From: Fidelibacterota bacterium
GTDB lineage: Bacteria > Fidelibacterota > Marinisomatia > Marinisomatales > TCS56
Reading direction: 5' to 3'
Assembly (NCBI GenBank): GCA_043822705.1
Contig: JBDRBK010000029.1
Coordinates: forward strand, 1 to 18,390
DNA length: 18,390 bases
Below, in pieces: positions 10,401-17,181 of this stretch. A program made the translations under genes and the position numbers. Every line of letters begins with the position of its first letter. Positions within the stretch are counted from its first letter, which is position 1. Below the pieces are notes generated by a model. The model ran no database searches. It was not told the origin of the DNA and worked only from the letters and a program-made list of their open reading frames with translations.

Positions 10401-10612
10401 TCGTCGCGGGATATCGATCCGAAGATAATACCACTGGGATTGTGCTTGGCCATGATATTGGCACCGGCCAATGGTTCGTCGTTTTGACTGACAACATTGC
10501 CGCTGATTGAAGCGGTCGTCAGGACTTGCCCGAAGGCCAGGAACGGCAGCGTTAGAACCAGTAAAAACAGTCCCAACTTGTAGGTCTTTCCACAGGTTGT
10601 TAAGCGATTCAT
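7490..10612 (-). CDS. TonB-dependent outer-membrane receptor (Oar-like) with N-terminal carboxypeptidase-regulatory-like domain
   Basis: Start at ATG 10612 (MNRLTT...) with AAGGAG at 10619-10624, then a signal peptide, ISGNVV...EPLAGANI...GNFNIPNLRVGGPYTLTV, plug motifs (IDGAVLNDVFG; VSLDAIEEIQV...FDVRHSGFAGGALNAVTRSGSN) and C-terminal GFRFNF; 1040 aa. Confidence 0.92.
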   Translation of the reverse strand: MNRLTTCGKTYKLGLFLLVLTLPFLAFGQVLTTASISGNVVSQNDEPLAGANIMAKHNPSGIIFGSISRDDGNFNIPNLRVGGPYTLTVNYIGYKPEVVEDIMLSLGQNLQLNLQLVEEALQMAGIDVIADARSASTGQSATISTAQIDAMPNVNRGIYDMTRLAANVNGNEIAGKHPNYNTVKIDGAVLNDVFGLADNGLPGGQAGTQPVSLDAIEEIQVMVAPFDVRHSGFAGGALNAVTRSGSNQLEGSVYTSMRNEAFIGAFEEADGTVNEYPEFSEKVYGARLGGALIPDKLHYFVSAELSQSITPNTISLDTSSAQAFAGSAAEVQRVDSILTNVYGATTGGSKQFDAETPSTKILAKIDYNINDRHRLSLRHNFISAKDDINARSPYNFYFSKAGYIFNHKQNSTMLHLYSSLSKNLSNTFTLGYTTIRDFRESEDSGSPTFIVYGAGNTRIYGGAEQYSLGNKLDQNIFQLSNNLSYYTGDHAFSVGTHNEFYFMSNGFFRNYNGTYWFDSVADLEQGNIATYELTYSAVDGDPQPMAEWKANIYGFHAQDIWDVNDQLRLTAGVRFDIPVFPDTPLANDSVAKYFGDQDIKTDQMPSGNVHFSPRLGFNYRLLDKNETLLRGGIGIFSGSPKFVWLSNNFSMSGVLLKTIYDSGADAILTDLDDQYDHYLDPDLGYQKSEIDVVDVDLMFPRVLRTNLAVEHNLPFNLKAGIEFLYSKNLSEVTYKQLNAVKDLTMADGRDHYAKYGVSSNFLEVMYVTNTAKGYQYSLTGSLSGNWKTALGATRASLAYTYSQSKDINSLTSSQAKSNWRYSPIGLNTNNPGLTSSLYELPHRLILSLNQAIELLPGAPTTVSLFYEGKSGSPYSYIYASSYDYNGDGSKDNDLIFVYDDETEVNIVDVNNVDAWDAWEEFVANDEFLSEYKGKIFERNAAREPWNNRIDLRISQKIASPVGRNFELTVDILNFANLLNNEWGQVEYMPFGTYQLLKYKSFAGGTAAGIPTFQFDDPESVLSTSDFESRWQVLVGFRFNF

Positions 10613-10896
10613 GATAGTCTCCTTTAGATATGATTGATCGCAGGCTGAATTGCCGTGGGGCGAGTAATCGGCGCAGTGATTAGCTGATGGATGCTTGGCA
10701 GAAGGTACATTTGTTTCCCTAATCCGATTATGAAATTCGGATTCTATTGCATACTGAACAACATAAAACATGCTGGGATTGGGCGTTGGCAAGCGGCGTA
10801 AAAAAGGTGAGAAGTCTACTGTTGTGATCGAATTTTCCCGGGGAAAATGAGCCATCTGATTTCACGGGAAGACACTGCCATCGACGGATGTGAACA
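10595..10896. repeat. 302-bp imperfect direct repeat, copy 1 (first codons, RBS and upstream region of the receptor gene)
   Basis: Aligns without gaps to 15110-15411; 26 mismatches by manual count (~91% identity). Confidence 0.95.
10832..10848. promoter_or_regulatory. Perfect inverted repeat ATTTTCCC-G-GGGAAAAT, candidate regulator or recombinase binding site
   Basis: 8-1-8 palindrome, identical in repeat copy 2 at 15347-15363. Function is inferred. Confidence 0.4.
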
Positions 10897-11442
10897 GTGA
10901 GCTAATTAAATATACAGATTACGGTGATTTCCTGATTTTTGAACATATAGCTTAATCCATTCTCGAACATAATGTAAAAGTAATTGATCCGTACAACCTT
11001 CCCTCAGCAAGAGTAATCAACAAACCATTTCAACCAGTAACCTTGAAAACAATTTTGTAAATCCCCATCCAGGAATGGGGGAAATTAAATTTATATATAA
11101 CGGTTGTAATCTCAATTTCATCAATGTGTCGTTGCTCGCGCGCGCGTGCGCGTTCCACAAAACTGCATATTTACTGGAAATTTTTCGATCTCGTGTTATT
11201 TGAATATTAGAGCTAACGCTCAAGTGGCATGTGAATTCATACTTAAAAAATTAGCAATGTGCTAAAAAACCCCTAATTTCTTCTGTGCCAGGAGAAGCAA
11301 GGCCTTTTGGACCTCGCAACTTTATATTGCCTGAAATAATATATAATATACATGTATTATGATTTATAACTTTAAAGAACCGAAGTCAGTCCTATAAGCT
11401 GTTGTAAAATAAGATGCAATCCAAAAATAATTCAAAATTTCC

Positions 11443-11469
11443 TTTACTATTATATAATTTAATAGTAAA
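11443..11469 (+). promoter_or_regulatory. Candidate -10 box/operator of the terminase operon
   Basis: TTTACTATTA-TATAATT-TAATAGTAAA: a perfect 10-bp inverted repeat with consensus TATAAT (11453-11458) in the spacer, ~40 nt upstream of ATG 11500. Confidence 0.5.
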
Positions 11470-11499
11470 ATATACTAGTCAAAATAATGGAATTTTTAT

Positions 11500-12342
11500 A
11501 TGGGGTCCGAACAAAACAAAGCGGCTAAAAAAAATCAGATAGTTAAATCTGTGGAAGCGTCTGGCAGTCTAATGAAGGCGGCGCAAGTAAGTGAAATTGG
11601 ACAATCTACGTTGGAAGAATGGCGCCGGAAAGACGAAGAATTCAATGCCACTTTGGAACGCGCGATGAAAAACCACCACGATCGGCAGATTGAAAAGCTA
11701 GCTACGATTGCTGAAAAACTTATCGATGTTGCCGGGGAAGCGCTGGAAGAAAAAAAATATCAGGTAAAAACCACCAGCCGGGAGACAATTTTCAATCGGC
11801 GAGATGAAATTACTGGCTACCGCGAATGGGAGACAGTGAAGGAAAAAATCCGCGAGCCCAATATTTTGGCTGTGCTGAAAATTTTAACAGAAATCAACAA
11901 TTCGTTGCTCGGGCAGTATTCATTCATGTTAAATAATGATCGAACGATCCGGGAACAGTTAGTTGGGCCATCTGGGTCTTCATTTAACACTGACGAAACG
12001 CCGATGTGGATATTAAGTGAAAAAATAGACCTAAATCGTATCCGGTGGATGCAAGCCCAGACCCAGTCGCTTTACGACAAAGGCCTGATTACTGACAATG
12101 AGTACCGCAAGCGTACTATCGAAGAAATCAAGCTGTCGCAGGAAGTACTCAGTCATATCGAAACGCGCACAAAGGCAGAATTTCAGGGCAAGACCCTTTT
12201 TGATGTCCGCAATGACGTGCATGCGATTCTCAACCTACACCATAATCTGATTCGACAAGCGATCGGGAATACTAATGTCAAACGCGAAGGCATTTTTACT
12301 GAATTTCAAAAACTTTTAAAGGAGCATCTAGAAAATGACTAA
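11500..12342 (+). CDS. Putative terminase small subunit-like HTH protein
   Basis: N-terminal HTH-like GSLMKAAQVSEIGQSTLEEWRRKDEEFNATLERA resembles TerS/phBC6A51-type HTHs, followed by a helical/coiled region and a beta-hairpin-like segment ending EPN..A. It lies directly upstream of, and overlaps, the terminase large subunit gene. Confidence 0.65.
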   Translation: MGSEQNKAAKKNQIVKSVEASGSLMKAAQVSEIGQSTLEEWRRKDEEFNATLERAMKNHHDRQIEKLATIAEKLIDVAGEALEEKKYQVKTTSRETIFNRRDEITGYREWETVKEKIREPNILAVLKILTEINNSLLGQYSFMLNNDRTIREQLVGPSGSSFNTDETPMWILSEKIDLNRIRWMQAQTQSLYDKGLITDNEYRKRTIEEIKLSQEVLSHIETRTKAEFQGKTLFDVRNDVHAILNLHHNLIRQAIGNTNVKREGIFTEFQKLLKEHLEND

Positions 12343-14383
12343 AAACTTTGAATACCTGATTAGTGCGGAGAATAATCCCAAAGATCGGATCTGGTGCATC
12401 CAGCCAGTAGGGGCAATAACGTTCATCGAGCAATTTATTGGAACAATGACACTATCCGACCCGCAGAAAGAAGTGATCGGAAGTATTTTTGGTGATGACC
12501 CAACAAATCAATTCTTCCAGGTTGAGCAAGCCATATTACGGATTGGACAGGGTGGCGGAAAGAATTTTCTAATAACTCGGTGTGTCGTGTATTTTATATA
12601 TTTGTGGTGTTGTCTGGAAAATCCACATCGATATTTCAACTTGGCGGAAAACGAGCATTTTGACATTCTAAATTTTTCTCAAGTCAGCGCTCAACAGGCT
12701 AAGAATGTGTTTTTCAAGTCATTAGTCAGTATTTTAAAGCTCACGAAAGATCCACTCAGCGGCAAGAATTGGTTTGAAAGTAAGGCGGGTTTTAAAATTA
12801 AAGCTTATGGCAGGGGTGATATTAAAGACAAGGAATTGATCATTCCAAATCGACGACCGGGATTGGGAAATATTCGAGTATTTTGCCTAGATATGACAGC
12901 CAAGTCTGTTGAGGGATACACAATCTGGGTCTCGATAATGGACGAACCCAGTCGCGCCAACACCCGAGCAAAATATACTGTTGCCAAGCACCAGTATCAG
13001 ACGGCTTATAGCAATCAAAAGACCCGATTCACAAATCCTCATCACCGCTGCACGATAGTATTTGCTTATCCGGAACAAGAATATTTTGATCTCTTGATCG
13101 AGCTATATAATACTTATGCAAAGAATCCCCGTGAAAACAGCTGGGAAATGGAAGCTAACATCCTGACTGCATGGTACGACACCTTTGTTTTTAATGCAAA
13201 AGACCAAGCTGATAAAAAATTGGCCTACGAGATGGCTTATCGCCATGACCCGATTGATGCGGATCGACGGTGGAAGGCAATTGTGCCCCCCAGCATTGAC
13301 AGCTTTTTCACACCGTATGAAAATAAAATTGTCGAATGTGCTAATCCTGACCTAGTTAATCCGATTAAATACCGCGAAACAATTACTAGACGTGTGGAAA
13401 AAGTTAATGGCCGGGACCAATACTGTTCATACACTGCTCTGGAACCGTTGGAAATTCAGGGGGATCACAGGGAACGTTTTTGGGGTGGAGATTTTGCTAT
13501 CAAAAAGGATCGTCTCGTTATTGTTGGTGGTTACGCGACTCGATCATTGCTGGAGATAAACAAATTTACTGATATGAGCAGAACCCCGTCTGGTGTTGAG
13601 GAGGTAAAGGAGCAATTGATTAATTGCCGTCCAATCATTGATACAATTTTGATTTGGGAAGTCAAACCGGGTGGTTATGCGATCGATTACAGTAATGTCG
13701 ATTATTTTCTAACTGAATTGATTAAACATCATTTTTCGGGAACACGGGCAATTCACTTCGACAAATTTAATACGGAAAGTACACGCCAAAAAATTCTCGA
13801 TCGGGTCACTAAAGATTGTGAAAGTCTGAGCTTTACGAATGCGCAGCAGGTATCCTACGGACGACTGGTACGGTACCTGGTCATAAATAACGCGATCGAA
13901 TATCTCGACAATGATTTACTGCAGCAGGAAATGAAACAACTGATCTTCGAAAATCAAACCAAGCTTGATCATCCTCCAGGCGGTTCGAAGGACGTGTGGG
14001 ACGCCTTTAGTATTTGCGTGAATTTGATTATCACGAAAAATCGCTGGAGTTCAGAACCGCGAGTTGATATTGGTGAATCCGATGAATCCGATGCAATTGA
14101 AGACAACTATGACGAAAGAATGCGAATCTTCAATCTGGCTTTCAAGAATTTCGTAAATACACATGGTCGTCAACCAAGGGATGATGAAGAATTACGCGAG
14201 TGGTTGTTTAAAAGTTATAGCACAAAATTCACCCTGCAGGAAGTTCAGTATTTCAAGCAACATCGCAGCGAATGGGAGAGCTCAGGTCGGGGGAAAATGG
14301 CGATGTTGGGTTTAACGTCGCCAAGCAGGAGGACTGGGTGTGAGCTCGATTATTTTTCTGTTGATGATCCCTGGTCCTTTTAA
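12335..14383 (+). CDS. Phage terminase large subunit (ATPase + RNase H-like nuclease) with C-terminal extension
   Basis: Adenine-binding LSDPQ, Walker A-like GQGGGKN, QQAK..FF, EGY, Walker B IWVSIMDE, coupling-motif position FAYP. Nuclease acidic motifs WGGDFAIKKD, IHFDKFN and LDHPPGGSKDVWDA. AAGGAG RBS at 12319-12324; start overlaps the upstream stop. Confidence 0.85.
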   Translation: MTKNFEYLISAENNPKDRIWCIQPVGAITFIEQFIGTMTLSDPQKEVIGSIFGDDPTNQFFQVEQAILRIGQGGGKNFLITRCVVYFIYLWCCLENPHRYFNLAENEHFDILNFSQVSAQQAKNVFFKSLVSILKLTKDPLSGKNWFESKAGFKIKAYGRGDIKDKELIIPNRRPGLGNIRVFCLDMTAKSVEGYTIWVSIMDEPSRANTRAKYTVAKHQYQTAYSNQKTRFTNPHHRCTIVFAYPEQEYFDLLIELYNTYAKNPRENSWEMEANILTAWYDTFVFNAKDQADKKLAYEMAYRHDPIDADRRWKAIVPPSIDSFFTPYENKIVECANPDLVNPIKYRETITRRVEKVNGRDQYCSYTALEPLEIQGDHRERFWGGDFAIKKDRLVIVGGYATRSLLEINKFTDMSRTPSGVEEVKEQLINCRPIIDTILIWEVKPGGYAIDYSNVDYFLTELIKHHFSGTRAIHFDKFNTESTRQKILDRVTKDCESLSFTNAQQVSYGRLVRYLVINNAIEYLDNDLLQQEMKQLIFENQTKLDHPPGGSKDVWDAFSICVNLIITKNRWSSEPRVDIGESDESDAIEDNYDERMRIFNLAFKNFVNTHGRQPRDDEELREWLFKSYSTKFTLQEVQYFKQHRSEWESSGRGKMAMLGLTSPSRRTGCELDYFSVDDPWSF

Positions 14384-14639
14384 ATTTTAGCGTTTTGTAA
14401 TAGTGTTTATAACTTGCTAATACCTGTTGGCCTGCCACAGGATCAGAGAGTTGGTTTTGTTTTTTTATTCGAAGCGAACCGCACGCATAAAATAGGAGTT
14501 GTGGGGCCGTGAATTCTGGTCAGATGGATATTCTGTTGGAACAGTGAGAGGGAGAAGTAATTGAGGATATTTTAGACACCCTGCAGCTTGCCGCCAGCAG
14601 GCAGGGATGGGGTAGTTTGCGAAAATATGGGCACGACGC

Positions 14640-14850
14640 AATAAACCATGACAGTCTTTCTTTACACCGAATCAGTTTACGCAGGACTGTTTATAAATTG
14701 TTCAAGAAGATGGCCCGCATTGATGATTACGAATTATTTATTAATGACTCGGGCGATGTTTTATTGCGGCCAGTAATTGGAATGCCGACTTACGAGAAAT
14801 GGTTGCATGAAACTCCAAATGCAACGCAAGATGGTTTTGCTGAAATAGAT
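14640..14850 (+). pseudogene. Possible decayed small antitoxin/AbrB-like gene fragment
   Basis: Segment HRISL...YELFINDSGDVLLRPVIGMPTYEKWLHETP resembles small 'G-x-I-L-L-x-P...P-x-x-E-x-W' antitoxin-like proteins. No good in-frame start (ATG 14648 is out of frame) and the tail looks non-coding. Boundaries are approximate. Confidence 0.35.
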
Positions 14851-15109
14851 ATGTCTTATAGGATCCCTCACTCCCAAAACCAGGGCTGTCATCCCGGCGG
14901 CCCTGTTTTCTATTGTAGGCCCGGCCAATTGCCGGAACCTCCAATAGCTGGTGCCCCATAGCCGGTGTAGCAATATAGAAAAGGAGGCTTGATCATTCCC
15001 GAGGCTCTGAATAAAGGGATTTTTGTTTACCAAATACATAGGAATTCTATTTACCGAATAGATGGGAAACATCCTTGTTATTTACACCCAAGCGGCGGGC
15101 GGTTCCTAT

Positions 15110-15411
15110 GGTTGTTAAGCGATCCATGATAGTCTCCTTTAGATATGATTAATCGCAGGCTGAATTGCAGAGCGGCAATTAATCGGCGCAGTGATTAGCT
15201 GCTGAACGCTTGGCAGAAGGTACATTTGTTTCCCTAATCCGATTATGAAATTCAGATTCTATTGCATACTGAACAACATAAAACATGATCGGATCGGGCT
15301 GGGGCAAGCGGTGTAAAAAAGGTAAGAAGTCTACTGCTATGATCGAATTTTCCCGGGGAAAATGAGCCATCTGATTTAACGGGAATACAGTGCCATCGGC
15401 GGACGTGAACA
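15110..15411. repeat. 302-bp imperfect direct repeat, copy 2
   Basis: See copy 1. Retains AAGGAG and ATG (15127, minus strand) but is followed by unrelated sequence after MDRLTT. Confidence 0.95.
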
Positions 15412-15854
15412 CTAAAAAACCACACACACTATCCTACTTACTGAAATCTTAACCTACGGTGTATTTTGCAGATCATTTTCAATTGATTTCACTAGTTTTT
15501 TACGCTCTTTTTCCACTGTTTTTTCTCCGACCGTTCTAAAATGAACTAAAATGGGGTACCACCACTTGTTTTACGCTCAGCCCCATCCGGTGTTTTGTCG
15601 TCAGTAAATGCTAATTTTGCCAGTTTTTCAGAATCTGTCAATTCTGCCTTAAATACACTCTAGCTGATTTTGATGTAGATGGAATATTCTGGTCCTTCTT
15701 TGGTATCTTCTTTGGTTATACGAATAAAGTGTTTTCCGTTGTTTTTTTAGCCAATCAATGGGGGCAAGTCAGCGGATTTGGGACTTTAAAACCCCACCTG
15801 AATTTTAAGACAACGTTTTTTGGACGGAGAGAATAAAATTATCAGATTATTGCT

Positions 15855-15911
15855 TGTAATATTGTTTGCATAAACCTGAGATATATGACATATTCCGTAA
15901 ACGATATTACA
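15855..15911 (+). promoter_or_regulatory. Candidate abiE promoter with inverted-repeat operator
   Basis: Arms TGTAATATTGTTTGC (15855-15869) and GTAAACGATATTACA (15897-15911) match at 13/15. TTGCAT-17 bp-CATATT with an upstream TG overlaps the left arm and the spacer. Confidence 0.55.
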
Positions 15912-15917
15912 GGATTC

Positions 15918-16691
15918 ATGAAGCCAATCGATTACATAAGAGAGTTAAATAATAGCGGTATTTGGAGTTTTACTTTCGAAGAGGCACAAAGTAGCTTGGG
16001 AAAGGATATCACTGCCGCGATCAGGACATTGCGTAAAAAGAACCGGATAATTGATCCAGCCAGGGGATTCTACGTAATTATTCCGGAAGAATTTAGTATT
16101 GCAGGTCGTCTGCCTGCAGAACGTTTCATAAATGAATTAATGAAGTTTTACAGGGCACCCTATTATATAGGATTACTGACCGCGGCCTCTTTTTATGGAT
16201 CAGCTCATCAAAGTCCGCAAGTGTTTCAAGTAGTCACCAATCCTTCCAGAAGAACCATTCATTATGGTCAGAATAAGATAGTATTCTACCGGAAGAAGAA
16301 TGTGGATTCAATACTAACGGATAAGCGTAAGACCCTGACCGGATATGTGAACATCTCTACCGTTGAAACCACATTTTTTGATATGATACAGTTTAACCAG
16401 AGGATTGGCGGTTTGGACCATGTTACATTAGTTGCATCCGAATTGGTCGAACGGTTTTCTGTGTCTAGTTTAAAGGAAGTAGCCATGACTTTCCCGCTGC
16501 CCATTATTCAACGGGGAGGTTATCTCCTTGAGGTTATTGGTTTTGAAAAGGGAACAGCCGTATTAGAACGTTGGATTCGAAATCAATGTCCCATTTATAC
16601 CTACTTAAATCCTTCTAAGGGTAAGCTTAGAGAACCAAAGCACGATCGCTGGAAGTTGATCATAAACGATAAACTAGATTATTCAGAGTGA
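15918..16691 (+). CDS. Type IV toxin-antitoxin system AbiEi-family antitoxin
   Basis: FTFEEA...RGFYVIIPEE, YYIGLLTAASFYGSAHQSPQVFQV, ISTVETTFFD...GGLD, QRGGYLLE and RWKLIIN are typical AbiEi-family motifs. Start placed at ATG 15918 (AGGA upstream); alternative ATG at 15885. Confidence 0.88.
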   Translation: MKPIDYIRELNNSGIWSFTFEEAQSSLGKDITAAIRTLRKKNRIIDPARGFYVIIPEEFSIAGRLPAERFINELMKFYRAPYYIGLLTAASFYGSAHQSPQVFQVVTNPSRRTIHYGQNKIVFYRKKNVDSILTDKRKTLTGYVNISTVETTFFDMIQFNQRIGGLDHVTLVASELVERFSVSSLKEVAMTFPLPIIQRGGYLLEVIGFEKGTAVLERWIRNQCPIYTYLNPSKGKLREPKHDRWKLIINDKLDYSE

Positions 16692-17181
16692 TTCCACAGG
16701 CATTCATAACAGAATGGCAAAATATTGCCCCCTGGCAACGTGACGTTCAGATCGAGCAGGATTTGATCATTAGCCGAATGTTGGTAGAAATCTATGGTAA
16801 TGAATTTCTACGGGATCAGCTGTTATTCAGAGGTGGTACCGCTTTGTACAAGCTATTCTTCAAGAAGCCTCTTCGATACTCCGAAGATCTCGATTTTGTC
16901 CAATTAAATGCCGGCCCGATCAAGCCAGTTGTAAAGGCCATTCAACAACTAATAGATCCATGGCTAGGGAAAAGCAGCACGGAACCAAGGAAAGATGGTT
17001 TTAGAATTTATTATCGCTTTCAAGCTGAGTCGGATCCGGAGCAGACTGCCAAGATTAAGGTGGAAATCAATACACGGGAACATTTTATGGTATTCCCCAA
17101 TGAGGAGATCAAATATGACGTTGATTCTCAGTGGAATAAGGGTAATAGCTTAATAATGACTTACCCAATTGACGAATTAGC
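16688..17181 (+). pseudogene. AbiEii/AbiGii-family nucleotidyltransferase toxin, interrupted by IS3-family element
   Basis: MIPQAFITEW...PW...QIEQDLIISR, LLFRGGTALYK, RYSEDLDF, KIKVEINTRE. Similarity ends at YPIDELA where the IS end begins (17182); read-through stop at 17212 lies inside the IS. Confidence 0.88.

Noticed and set aside
10613..10855. 81-aa N-terminal extension of the receptor (MAHFPREN...) and the matching 82-aa ORF at 15179-15427
   Set aside because: Strong RBS and signal peptide place the start at 10612. The similar peptide in copy 2 is a by-product of the DNA duplication and hits a stop before the RBS.
10595..10896. Repeat unit as a riboswitch or structured ncRNA
   Set aside because: No known riboswitch consensus (cobalamin, TPP etc.) recognised, and the differences between copies show no clear compensatory pattern by eye. 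An Rfam/Infernal search would be needed to exclude it.
14423..14470. Terminator after terL (CCTGTTGG-CCTG-CCACAGG ... T-run)
   Set aside because: The stem is bulged and separated from the T-tract by ~13 nt; too weak to call.
10897..15109. Complete prophage or classical PICI
   Set aside because: No integrase, repressor, primase/replication, portal, capsid or tail genes visible in the interval.
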